From: Pseudomonadota bacterium | Lineage (GTDB): Bacteria; Desulfobacterota; Desulfovibrionia; Desulfovibrionales; Desulfomicrobiaceae | NCBI GenBank assembly: GCA_030529235.1 | Contig: JAUMXF010000002.1 | Location: forward strand, 1 to 59,248 | DNA: 59,248 nucleotides | Direction of reading: 5' to 3' | Shown here: positions 1-9,142 of the stretch, one piece after another | How the letters are laid out: the number at the start of each line of letters is the position of its first letter | Position numbering within the stretch: position 1 is the first letter of the stretch | Translations under genes and position numbers: made by a program | Notes under the pieces: model-generated | The model's input: the letters and a program-made list of their open reading frames with translations, nothing else | The model's database searches: none | What the model was told of the DNA's origin: nothing

Positions 1-68
1 TTTTGTCGCGGTTTGTCATACTCAGGCCGATTGTGCGGCCCGCATTGCGGATCGCTGTGGGGAGAGTG

Positions 69-102
69 AAAATAAAAGGAGCCGCCGGTATTCAGCGGCA
101 CC
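69..102 (-). terminator. Probable intrinsic terminator after the hys operon
   Basis: Minus strand reads GG-T-GCCGC (9-nt loop) GCGGC-T-CC followed by TTTTATTTT, about 30 nt after the protease stop. A second hairpin CCGGAGC/GCTCCGG lies at 101-119. Confidence 0.5.
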
Positions 103-130
103 GGAGCGGATGGCTCCGGCCGGGGCCGCG

Positions 131-595
131 TCAGAGCAGGGTTCTGATTTCCCGGCGCACGGCTTCGAGGAAAAGGGGGTAGGCCGCCCGCACCGGTTCC
201 GACAGTTCCATGGACCAGTCGCTGATGCTCAGCGGTTCCATGCCCATGACCAGAAGTTCGGGTTTGTTGCCCAGAAGTTCGGCCATGCTCAGGGAATCCA
301 GCAGGTCGATATCGTGCAGGGACAGGCGCTGGGCCTTGTTGTCCCGCAATTCGGCCTCGGTGAAGCGGTATGCCGTTCCCGGAGCCCGTCCGGCCTTGAT
401 GGCGTCGAGCACGAGTACCCGCTCGTATTCCTGGAATATGTGGAAGATATCCTGAGTGAAGGTCGCCCCGTCCAGAAAAGTCACCGGCAGGCCGGACCAT
501 TCGTCTTCCTTCGCCAGATCCTGCACGGCGTGTATGCCCACTCCGTCGTCCGTCAGCAGCAGGTTGCCCACTCCGAGCACCAGCAAGCGTTTCAT
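131..595 (-). CDS. hysD: Hydrogenase maturation endopeptidase (HyaD/HybD family)
   Basis: N-terminal LVLGVGNLLLTDDGVG, LDGAT, and SLHDIDL motifs. Lies directly downstream of the large subunit. ATG at 595 follows GGGGG-AAAAC. Confidence 0.9.
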   Translation of the reverse strand: MKRLLVLGVGNLLLTDDGVGIHAVQDLAKEDEWSGLPVTFLDGATFTQDIFHIFQEYERVLVLDAIKAGRAPGTAYRFTEAELRDNKAQRLSLHDIDLLDSLSMAELLGNKPELLVMGMEPLSISDWSMELSEPVRAAYPLFLEAVRREIRTLL

Positions 596-615
596 GTTTT
601 CCCCCGTCACACGAA

Positions 616-638
616 GAGGGGCGCCCGAAGCGCCCCTC
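616..638 (-). promoter_or_regulatory. Intercistronic stem-loop (mRNA stabiliser or partial terminator) between hysA and hysD
   Basis: Perfect 9-bp stem GAGGGGCGC-TTCGG-GCGCCCCTC with only a weak U tail (TTCGTG). Confidence 0.55.
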
Positions 639-661
639 CCGATTTACGCCGGATTCTCCGG

Positions 662-2209
662 TCAGCCCAGATTGATGACGTGTTCTTCGCCCGTTTCAGC
701 GTGCAGCACGTGCACGGCACAGCCCAGTCACGGGTCGTAGGCGCGCACCAGACGGCCTACGTTGACGGGGTTTTTCACATCCGGGACAGGCACGCCGATG
801 AGAGCCTGTTCCACCGGCCCGCGCTGGTTCATGTCGTCCATGGGGCTGCAATTCCACAGTGTGGCCGAAACCACCTGATAGTTTTCGATCTTCTGATTCT
901 TGATCTTCAGGTAGTGCAGGAGGGAGCCGCGCGGGGCCTCGGTAAATCCCGTACCTTCGCCCGCATCGGGGACTTCGGCCTTCACGTAGGTTTCGGCTCC
1001 GGGGCGGACTTCCTTCAGCCATCTTTCAATGGCCACACCGGTCAGCCAGGTTTCCTCGGCACGGGCCACATGCCGGCCCATGATGGAGAAGGCCCTGTCG
1101 CCCAGATCGCGGAAAACCTTGGCCTCGATGCCATACAGCTCTTTCAGGAGCTTCTGGCCCACGGGGCTTAAGGTCGGATTGGCCACCCACATGCGGGCCA
1201 AGGCGCCGACCTCGCACGGTTTGTCGCGGTATCTCGGCGATTTGACGAAACTGTACGCGCCGGACTTGTCCGGGTCGGGGTTGGTTTCGCCCTCGCTGTA
1301 ATGCAGACCGCCGGATTTGGACTGGTTGAAGAAGGAGTGACCGACATATTCCTTGATGAGCTTCGGATCGAACTCTTCGTCCTTGCCGTCGATGTAGACG
1401 CCGGGCCGGAACAGGAATTCGGTGTAGTCGTCGTTTTCGGGGAAGGCTCCGAAGGCGATGACGTTTTTCCAGCCGATGCCGGTCTCGAAGAGGTCCGGGT
1501 AGGCCGAGCCCACCAGATAGATGAGGGGCAGATATTCGTCCGACACGAACTTCTGCACTTCCTTGAACCGGGAGGCGTATTCCGCCAGTTTTTCCACTGT
1601 GGGAATCTCGCTGGCGCCGCCGGCGACAATGCCCTGCACATGGGGCATGCGGCCGCCGAACAGAGCCACCATCTCATGACAGATACGGCGCATTTCCAGA
1701 GCCTTCAGGTACTGGTTCAGACCGTAGGCGTTGACGGCATCGGCCTTGGCCGGATCTTTGAGACGGTTCACGAGCAGGTCGGGATTTTCGTACCTGGGCA
1801 CGAAGGGCGCCACGTCGGGCCCCTTCACATAATCAAGGGCCGCCAGATGGTAGAAATGCAGGATATGTGACTGGAGATAGTTGGCCCCCAGAATCAGGTT
1901 GCGGGTGATGCGGCCGTTGGTCGTGACTTTCACGCCGAAAGCCTCGTCCTGGGCCATGACCGAGGCCGTACAGTGCGCAGTGGGGCAGACGCCGCAGATG
2001 CGCTGCACGATCTGGGAGGAGTCCCTGGGGTCGCGGCCGCGCAGTATCTGCTCGAAGCCGCGGAACATGCCGCCATAGCATTTGGCATCCACCACCTTGC
2101 CGTCCCTGACTTCCACTTCGATCTTGAGGTGTCCCTCGACCCTGGTCAGCGGATCGATGGCGATTTTTATTTTCCGCCCCTCGGCTGCGGGAGTAGCTGT
2201 TTGTGACAC
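662..2209 (-). CDS. hysA: [NiFeSe] hydrogenase large subunit (selenoprotein, about 515 aa, Sec codon TGA at 728-730)
   Basis: L1 motif RICGVC and RVEGH. The ORF track stops at RAYDP, but reading through the TGA gives DP-U-LGCAVH-VLHAETGEEHVINLG-stop (662-664), which is the L2 motif plus the cleavable C-terminal tail. GTG start follows GGAGG. Confidence 0.96.
700..727 (-). promoter_or_regulatory. Putative bacterial SECIS element of hysA
   Basis: Exactly 11 nt after the UGA there is a 6-bp stem CGUGCA/UGCACG with a 5-nt loop CGUGC that has G at loop position 2. This fits the spacing and loop-G rules of bacterial SECIS. Confidence 0.7.
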
Positions 2210-2225
2210 GTCTGTCCTCCTAAGA

Positions 2226-3173
2226 TTATTCCGCTACATAGAAAGGAGATTTGCCATCCGGGAAGTCCGGTTCCACACAGCCGATGCACACGGCGTTTTC
2301 GACGCACCAGTTAACGCTGTTGTTCCAGCGGCGCTTGGGACAGTCGGCCATGGTGGACGGCCCCTTGCAGCCGAGTTCGGCCTTGCAGCCCGGAGTGGTG
2401 AAGGTTTCCGAGAAATCGGAGTTGTCGTACATTTCGAGGTAGGGACAGTTCTCGTGAACGTTATCCCCGAAGAAGAGCATGGGGCGGCCGTCGTCATCGA
2501 GCTCGGGCAGCGGATGCTCCTCGGGATTCAGCACATGACTCCATGCGGCCACGAGAGTTCCCACCATCCAGTCCGGATGCGGAGGACAGCCCGGCACGTT
2601 GACCAGCAGCTTGTCGATTTTTTCTTCCGCGAAGAAGTCGCGCAGACCCTTGGCTTCGGTGACATTGCCCGCGGCGGCCGGAATGCCTCCGTATGCGGCA
2701 CAGGTGCCCAGTCCCACCGTGGCCAGGGATTTGGGAGCCAGATCGCGGATCAGGTCCGCCATGGTGATTTCCCGGTGATGCCCGCCGCTGTCCGGTATCT
2801 CGCCCACAATGCAGTAGCGCCCTTCCTTGGCCGTGGGGATGGCCCCTTCCACCAGAAGAAAGAAATTGCCGTTGAATTTTTCAGCAACCTCGTACATGTG
2901 TTCCAGCGCCCGTTCGCCTTCGCTGGCCATGACGGTGGGATGATACTCCAGACTGATGACATCGAGAAGCACTTCCTTGATTCCCGGATGCACGGTGTTG
3001 AGCAGGGAAACGGAGCATCCGGTACAGCCCTGCCCCTGCACCCAGATCACCGGAGCTTTTTTGGCCCCTTCGGTCATGGCGCGCACAATGCCGGGGTGGT
3101 AGATCTGGGAAATACCCAGGCCGGCCACGCCCGCCGTGCACAGTTTGACAAATTCCCGTCTGCTGAGACTCAT
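2226..3173 (-). CDS. hysB: [NiFeSe] hydrogenase small subunit with Tat signal peptide
   Basis: SRREFVK twin-arginine motif, CTGCS, GCPP, HENC and CIGC Fe-S ligands. ATG at 3173 follows AAGGAGG. Confidence 0.95.
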   Translation of the reverse strand: MSLSRREFVKLCTAGVAGLGISQIYHPGIVRAMTEGAKKAPVIWVQGQGCTGCSVSLLNTVHPGIKEVLLDVISLEYHPTVMASEGERALEHMYEVAEKFNGNFFLLVEGAIPTAKEGRYCIVGEIPDSGGHHREITMADLIRDLAPKSLATVGLGTCAAYGGIPAAAGNVTEAKGLRDFFAEEKIDKLLVNVPGCPPHPDWMVGTLVAAWSHVLNPEEHPLPELDDDGRPMLFFGDNVHENCPYLEMYDNSDFSETFTTPGCKAELGCKGPSTMADCPKRRWNNSVNWCVENAVCIGCVEPDFPDGKSPFYVAE

Positions 3174-3228
3174 ACCTTCCTCCTTTAAGAAAGGGACTGC
3201 GGAGAACCCGACCATTTTTTTGCAGAAA

Positions 3229-3258
3229 AACATATGGTTGATTTCAAGATTGTGTCAA
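3229..3258 (-). promoter_or_regulatory. Sigma70-type promoter for hysBAD
   Basis: TTGACA-N18-TATGTT on the minus strand, about 55 nt before the hysB start. The spacer contains the palindrome TTGAttTCAA. Confidence 0.6.
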
Positions 3259-3476
3259 TGCCCGCCTCGCCGGAGCTCTTGTGTAGAGCCAGAATTGTAC
3301 GCTTTTTGGATATATTTATTTATTTTTGATAGCACGAAAAAATGCTGTTTTTTTATCAAGTGTTCTTGCCGTATGCGGATATATCCTTTTTCGAGTTGCA
3401 AGTGGGATGAAGCGAAGACATTGCCAAGAATTATCGGGAACAGGAAAAATTGTATCTCAATGGGGCAGGAGGGATG

Positions 3477-3929
3477 ATGCCGGGTTATAAAGGACACTTG
3501 GCCGGGGGAGCGGTTGCGGGGGCCGCGGTTTTGGGAGGAGCGGTATGGAGCGGCCTGTATGCGCCGTCCTTCACCCAGATGGCCGTGCTGGGAGGACTGG
3601 CGCTTCTGGGAGCCCTTTTTCCCGATGTGGATACGGACTCCAAGGGCCAGCATCTGTTTTATCTCATGCTGGTGGTTCTGGATCTGGCGCTGCTCTGGAA
3701 GGGATACTTCAAGTGGGCGGCCATTCTGGGGCTTGCGGCCATGTTTCCGGCTCTGGGTTCGCACCGGGGCTGGACGCACACCTGGTGGGCCATGCTGCTT
3801 GTGCCGCTCCCGCTCGTTCTTCTGCCTGTCTGGCTGTACGGAGTTGAACCGGAAAGCGTTCTGCCCCTTTATCTGGCGGTGGTGACAGGCTATGCGTCGC
3901 ACCTGCTGCTGGACCGCCGGTGGCGTTGA
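3477..3929 (+). CDS. Membrane-bound metal-dependent hydrolase (YdjM/DUF457-like)
   Basis: N-terminal GH, LFPDVD, HRGWTH and SHLLLD motifs with several hydrophobic segments. GGAGG precedes the ATG. Confidence 0.8.
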   Translation: MPGYKGHLAGGAVAGAAVLGGAVWSGLYAPSFTQMAVLGGLALLGALFPDVDTDSKGQHLFYLMLVVLDLALLWKGYFKWAAILGLAAMFPALGSHRGWTHTWWAMLLVPLPLVLLPVWLYGVEPESVLPLYLAVVTGYASHLLLDRRWR

Positions 3930-3949
3930 TTGCTGCGTGCCGGGCCGCG

Positions 3950-6900
3950 TCAGCGCCTGAATGGCCCCCGTTTTCTGCCCAGCGTTTCCATGGTCCGCAG
4001 ATATTCGTCCGAGCGGTCGAGATAGAAAGCCAGGGCCCTGGAAAAATTCTTGCCCACCAGCCCGTCCACGAACAGCTGGCTGATCTCCTTGTACCGCCGC
4101 AGGACATACTGCGAGCGCAGGAAGATGAGCCACTCCTCCTTGGTCATGTTCTGAACGGCCGTTTCCAGCGCCTTGGAGGCCCGGGGCTGATACCACCAGA
4201 AATACATGAGATCCAGAGCGTTCACGATGAGTACCTTCTCCAGATCCCGGGCCTCGTAGTTGATGGTGGCCATGAAGGTCTTCGGCGACTCCAGCATGTC
4301 GAGCACGTCTTCTTCGGGGAAGATGACGTCCAGCCGGGAGAACACGTCGTACATGGAAACGAGCTTGGCCCTGTAGTCGGCCAGGCGGATGTGCACGTTC
4401 TTGTGCCGGTCGGCTAGTCCTTCGATGACGCCGGCCACGCAGTCCGAAGCCAGCTTGGAGACGATGGCCGCCCATTTCTGGAGGGTTTCCTCCACGTTGG
4501 GAATCATGGCCATGTGCATGCCGGTGGACAGTCCCGCGTTGAAGACGATGGCCAGGGGAATGGACAGCACGCTGCGGAAGAAGTTGCCTACCACCACGCT
4601 GCGGGGCAATCCCCGGAAAATATTGTGGCTTGAGATGTAGATGCCGTTGGCCAGGGCCATGACCGCGAAGAGCATGACCGGGTTGGTCGCGGTGGTGATG
4701 CCCAGACCCCGGTCCAGAATCAGGGTTTTGACCACCAGATCCAGAAGGGGCACGGAAAAACCCGTGTACAGCAAGGAGTCGGAGATGCGGCTCCAGCTGA
4801 CCAGAGAATTCCACTGCACCAGAGGCGAGCGCTTGAATCCGCCTCCGCCGAGCACAGCCTGAATGATATTCCGGGCGCCGGTGATGCCAAACCAGATGAA
4901 GCCCCCCAAGTAAGCCAACACCCACCAGTCCTTGGTCAGGGCGAAGGTCAGAAAGGCGGGTATGAATCCGATCAGAATTTTCAGGACATTTTTGACGGCT
5001 GTATTCAGGTATCTGGTGGACAGCGGCACCCGCTCCTTCTTCTTCCTTTCCTGCTCGCTGATGATGCGCAAACCGTTGTCCTGTGAAAGCTGGACACCGC
5101 CCAGAGCGACCATGTTGCCCGGCTTTCCGGGGTGGATATCGACGCAGTCCAGACTCCATTCCGTGGTGGTGGCACACCCGGCCAGCTCCAGGCCGGGGAT
5201 TTTTCTGATCCGACGCAGCAAAGGAGACGTGTTCCTGTGGCAGGAGGTGCGGGTACAGCAGCTCATCAGGGCCGTCAGGGGCAGCAGCTGTTTGTGTTCC
5301 GCCTTTGCCTGGTGCAGGACGATGTTCCGGGCCCGTTTGGGCAGAGTTTCCAGGACCGCCACGCCCATGCCATACTGATGTCTGGATTGTCCGGTGGAAC
5401 CGCTGCCGATGCGGAACGCCAGGGAGCGTTTTTTGTAGTACTTATGGAATGTTTCGATGTGGAAGAGAATATCCAGCAGCTTGCTTTTGCGCTGGTCGGC
5501 CGAGGCGAGCTCCTTTTCGATTTCCAGAGCCAAGGAAATATCTTCTCTGGCCCTGGCCTTGGCCAGATCGTTGGCCAGAGCCAGCCGTTCCTCTTCAAAA
5601 GCCCAGATGACATCACGGATGGCCCGTTTCAGGACGATGACATTGTCCTCGTTCAGGGCCCTGCGCAAGGCCGAGATCTGGGCGCTGGTCCGCTCCGGAT
5701 TGACCATATCGACCACATCTCCCGTGCAGCCCCGGAGCAGGGCGGGAGACAGGGACCATTTTCCGCGGGATACGTCCTTCAGATTGTACAGCTCGACGTT
5801 GGTGATGCAGCCTTGGCAGTCATAGAGGATCTCCAGCGTATCGACCACCGACAGGTTGCTCAGATTCAGGGTGAAGCGTGAACTGGAGTAAAACCGGGCG
5901 AGCCGGGGGACCAGCTCCCCCGGCGTGAGGCGCAGCATCGGAGGAATCTGCGGGTCGTCCTGAGGAACGGTAGGGTCGTGAAGCTCCGGGTTGCGACAGG
6001 GTTGCAGGTAACGCGTGATGATGAGTTCCGAGTCGATGGCATTCAGATTGTCGAGACGGGTCTGCAATTCCTTGCGCCGGGCCGCGTCGGCGGTTTCATA
6101 TTCCAGGCTTATTGCCCGGGCCGCCTGCTTCAGTTTGGGCTGCATGCCGGTCTGGATGTGTTTGGCCAGGTGCAGCAGCGAGGGCTGTCCCTCTCCCACG
6201 AAGCGTCTGAACTCCTTTTCGTCGAGGGGATCGAGATCCAGCCCGTACTCCGCGTTCACGGCTTGACGGTGTATGGCGTTATAGGCCGCCAGAGCTTTGA
6301 ACACATATTGCTGCTGGTAGGCCGAGACCTCCCGGCCTTCCTTCATGACGGCCTGGACCGGCTTTTCCGCCATGAAGGCGCGGAAGGATTTGGGGTCCGT
6401 GTATCCCTGAGGCTCCCAGATGCAACGGACGTATTTTCCCCGGAACCGCGAGGAAACCTCGATGCCGATGCGGATCTGCATGTCCATGATGCTGGCGGCC
6501 TCGAGCAGTTCGTCGGCCACCTCGGGATCGACGTAGTTGTAGTAGACCACCGTCAGGAAGCGGATGCCCTTGATCCAGGCGTCCATGACCAGATGCGTCG
6601 GGGATTTGCGGCCCTTGGTGTTGGCGTCGTGGACGTGGTCGTCGAAGGCCAGCTGGTTCCAGGCCTCGGGCATCTCCAGAAGATGGTATTTTTCCAGTTC
6701 GGCCCGCACGACGCGAGGCTTGCCGGAGGAGACCATGCGGAAATCGTGGGCCAGCCGCAGCTGGGTGTCCTCGTCTTCCCGGTGCCGGATGAGTTCCTTC
6801 ATGATCTGGAGCTGCACCCGGGCCGTGTTTTTCTGCAGGTAGGAGGTTGAGGCGAGAATGACCTCGTCCTTCAGCGATCTGAGAGAAGCCAGGCGGTTCG

Positions 6901-7117
6901 CTGAATTGCCGCCTTCCAGAGAGCCGAGCAGATTGGCGATGGCATAGGCGATGCGCAGCACCTGCGGCACCGCCATTTCCTTGATGCCGTGCGGGTGCAT
7001 GTAGGGCGCAAGCAGGGTACGGATGTTCTGGCTTTGGGGGGAGCGGGCCAGAACATCGTTGACGATCCGCAGCAGCGTGAAATCGTTGGTGTCGAAAAAC
7101 AGCCGGGGATGGGCCAT
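3950..7117 (-). CDS. Large uncharacterised membrane protein with a degenerate PHP-like domain (1055 aa)
   Basis: Long ORF with typical codon usage, 25 nt downstream of a response regulator. Contains DDHVH..KGRKSP..A..KGI..GIEV and a block of hydrophobic helices at about aa 710-880. Confidence 0.8.
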   Translation of the reverse strand: MAHPRLFFDTNDFTLLRIVNDVLARSPQSQNIRTLLAPYMHPHGIKEMAVPQVLRIAYAIANLLGSLEGGNSANRLASLRSLKDEVILASTSYLQKNTARVQLQIMKELIRHREDEDTQLRLAHDFRMVSSGKPRVVRAELEKYHLLEMPEAWNQLAFDDHVHDANTKGRKSPTHLVMDAWIKGIRFLTVVYYNYVDPEVADELLEAASIMDMQIRIGIEVSSRFRGKYVRCIWEPQGYTDPKSFRAFMAEKPVQAVMKEGREVSAYQQQYVFKALAAYNAIHRQAVNAEYGLDLDPLDEKEFRRFVGEGQPSLLHLAKHIQTGMQPKLKQAARAISLEYETADAARRKELQTRLDNLNAIDSELIITRYLQPCRNPELHDPTVPQDDPQIPPMLRLTPGELVPRLARFYSSSRFTLNLSNLSVVDTLEILYDCQGCITNVELYNLKDVSRGKWSLSPALLRGCTGDVVDMVNPERTSAQISALRRALNEDNVIVLKRAIRDVIWAFEEERLALANDLAKARAREDISLALEIEKELASADQRKSKLLDILFHIETFHKYYKKRSLAFRIGSGSTGQSRHQYGMGVAVLETLPKRARNIVLHQAKAEHKQLLPLTALMSCCTRTSCHRNTSPLLRRIRKIPGLELAGCATTTEWSLDCVDIHPGKPGNMVALGGVQLSQDNGLRIISEQERKKKERVPLSTRYLNTAVKNVLKILIGFIPAFLTFALTKDWWVLAYLGGFIWFGITGARNIIQAVLGGGGFKRSPLVQWNSLVSWSRISDSLLYTGFSVPLLDLVVKTLILDRGLGITTATNPVMLFAVMALANGIYISSHNIFRGLPRSVVVGNFFRSVLSIPLAIVFNAGLSTGMHMAMIPNVEETLQKWAAIVSKLASDCVAGVIEGLADRHKNVHIRLADYRAKLVSMYDVFSRLDVIFPEEDVLDMLESPKTFMATINYEARDLEKVLIVNALDLMYFWWYQPRASKALETAVQNMTKEEWLIFLRSQYVLRRYKEISQLFVDGLVGKNFSRALAFYLDRSDEYLRTMETLGRKRGPFRR

Positions 7118-7142
7118 GGACGCTTCCGTATCAGGCAGTGAT

Positions 7143-7547
7143 TCAGGCCCGGCCGCCGCTTGCCTGCTGTTCGGCCAGTGTTTTTTTTCGGTAGGCGTCT
7201 TCCAGCTTGTAGAGAAGATCCTCCAGATCGGCCGGCTTCATCAGATAGTCGAAAGCGCCGTGGTCCATGCCTTCCATTGCCGCGTCCACGCTGGCGTGGC
7301 CGGTGAGCATGATCACTTCCGTGGTCGGCCACTGGGCCTTGATGTGTTTGAGTACTTCAAGACCGCCCATGCCCGGCATTTTGACATCCAGCACAACCAC
7401 ATCTCGCGGTTCTTCGGCCAAAAGAGTCAGGGCCTCCTCGCCCCTGGACACGCCCTGGGCCGCGATGCCGCGTTTGAGCAGCCGTTTGACGATGGTACGT
7501 AAAAAATATTCTTCGTCATCGACGAGCAGTACGGAAAGGTTTTCCAT
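7143..7547 (-). CDS. Single-domain response regulator (REC)
   Basis: LLVDDE, LDVKMP, MLTGH and YLMKP motifs. ATG at 7547 follows AAGGAG. Confidence 0.9.
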   Translation of the reverse strand: MENLSVLLVDDEEYFLRTIVKRLLKRGIAAQGVSRGEEALTLLAEEPRDVVVLDVKMPGMGGLEVLKHIKAQWPTTEVIMLTGHASVDAAMEGMDHGAFDYLMKPADLEDLLYKLEDAYRKKTLAEQQASGGRA

Positions 7548-7875
7548 TTCAGCTCCTTGATTCAATCTGCCGGTTGACCGCCGGGACACATGTTCCAAGT
7601 GTCACATAGACCGGGAGCCTCTCAGGAGGCAATGCTCTTCTTGGCCCCGCGCGCCATCTTTTTCGATGTTTCCGGGTGAAAGGGGAAATGTCGTCTGGGC
7701 GTGCGGGCCGGTCCGGGCGGGAGAATTGTCAGGCGCCGAGCCAGAGAAGGCTGGCAGGAGCGAAGGCAGTCCGTGTTTAAGCCGCGTCGTCAATAAATTT
7801 TGTTCAGATGGAGATGTACTTAACTGCAACAAGTACACTCAGGCCTGTGAGGAGCTTGTGTCCCGACAGCCGGAT

Positions 7876-8340
7876 TCAGGCTGTGAGGGCGGCGAACGTG
7901 CCGTTTGTCAGGCGGGCCAGATCTTCCGGGGAAAGTTCGATTTCGAGGCCGCGCCGTCCCGCGCTGACAAAGATGGCAGGATGATTTTGGGCGGAAGCGT
8001 CGATGAATGTCCTCAGCCGCTTTTTCTGCCCCAGCGGGCTGATGCCGCCCAGCACGTAGCCCGTGGCCCGTTCGGCCTGGTGGGTGTCGGCCATGGCCGC
8101 TTTTTTGGCTCCGGCGGCTTTGGCCATGTGCTTCAGGCCGAGCATGGACTCCACCGGCACGATGCCTACGACCAGCTCCGCGCCCGCATCGACGATCAGA
8201 GTCTTGAAGATGCGTTCCGGGGCGGCGCCGAGTTTTTCGGCCGCTTCCAGACCGTAGGACGGTGCGGACGGATCATGCTCGTATTCGTGCACGGTGAAGG
8301 CAATGCCGGCTTTTTTGGCGGACAGGATGGCGGGCGTCAT
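7876..8340 (-). CDS. ybaK: Cys-tRNA(Pro) deacylase
   Basis: MTPA start, IFKTL, GYVLGGISPLGQKK and SAGRRGLEIEL motifs. Confidence 0.92.
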   Translation of the reverse strand: MTPAILSAKKAGIAFTVHEYEHDPSAPSYGLEAAEKLGAAPERIFKTLIVDAGAELVVGIVPVESMLGLKHMAKAAGAKKAAMADTHQAERATGYVLGGISPLGQKKRLRTFIDASAQNHPAIFVSAGRRGLEIELSPEDLARLTNGTFAALTA

Positions 8341-8384
8341 GGGTTTCGCCCGTAGTCTCCTGATCCGGAAATGTCCATGTGCCG

Positions 8385-8413
8385 AAAAAAACGGGAGCCT
8401 GTGCAGACTCCCG
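8385..8413 (-). terminator. Intrinsic terminator after ribB
   Basis: Minus strand CGGGAGTCTG-CA-CAGGCTCCCG followed by T7, 7 nt after the ribB stop. Confidence 0.75.
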
Positions 8414-8420
8414 GCGGGCT

Positions 8421-9068
8421 TCAAATCGTGGTGGATGCGTTGCCTCCGAGGCAGATCTTGAGGTCTTCGACGCTGACCACCGGAATGTCGTGCTTTCCGG
8501 AGAATTCCAGGATTTCAGGCATACGGGCCATGGTGCCGTCCGGATTGGTCAGTTCGCAGAGCACTCCATAGGGTTTGAGGCCAGCCATGCGCATCAGGTC
8601 CACGGTGGCTTCGGTGTGTCCTTCGCGCTCCAGTACGCCGCCGGACCGGGCCTGGAGGGGAAAAACATGGCCGGGGCGGTTCAAATCGGAAGGCACGGCA
8701 TTGTCGGCGATGGCCGCCTGGACCGTGCGCAGGCGATCAGCGGCGGACACTCCGGTCGTGACCCCGCGAGCGGCTTCAATGCTTACGGTGAAGGCGGTCT
8801 GGTAGCGGCTGGAATTTTTTGCGGCCATGGGGGGCAGGTCCAGAGCGCGGACTTTTTCTTCCGGCAGGCACAGACAGACGATGCCGCTGCATTCCCGGAT
8901 GAGCATCGCCATCTGGGCCGTAGTCAGGTTCTGGGCGGAGAAAACGAGGTCTCCCTCATTTTCACGATCCTCGCTGTCTGTAACCAGAACGCCGTGCCCC
9001 CGGCGCAGGGAGTCCAGCGCGCGTCTTACGCGGGTGTGAGGGGAGGCAGTGGAGTGGGGCTGATTCAC
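8421..9068 (-). CDS. ribB: 3,4-dihydroxy-2-butanone-4-phosphate synthase
   Basis: [30 protein letters not shown] and REGHTEA motifs. GTG start at 9068 follows AAGGAG. Confidence 0.95.
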   Translation of the reverse strand: MNQPHSTASPHTRVRRALDSLRRGHGVLVTDSEDRENEGDLVFSAQNLTTAQMAMLIRECSGIVCLCLPEEKVRALDLPPMAAKNSSRYQTAFTVSIEAARGVTTGVSAADRLRTVQAAIADNAVPSDLNRPGHVFPLQARSGGVLEREGHTEATVDLMRMAGLKPYGVLCELTNPDGTMARMPEILEFSGKHDIPVVSVEDLKICLGGNASTTI

Positions 9069-9142
9069 GTGTGTTCTCCTTGGAAACGGGGCGTGAATCA
9101 GGGCGCGGCCGAAACCGTTCACCCCGAGTGAACGGCGGCTGT

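Noticed and set aside
1-19. Possible minus-strand gene start (ATG ACA AAC CGC GAC AAA) at the left edge
   Set aside because: Only six codons are visible and there is no clear RBS, so it cannot be supported.
728-730. hysA as a truncated gene or pseudogene
   Set aside because: The TGA falls exactly at the Sec position of the DPxxxC motif and is followed by an intact tail and a SECIS-like hairpin.
3255-5177. 640-aa alternative-frame ORF overlapping the large membrane protein and the YdjM-like gene
   Set aside because: Its Arg/Gly/His/Pro-rich composition is typical of off-frame translation, and it overlaps two better-supported genes.
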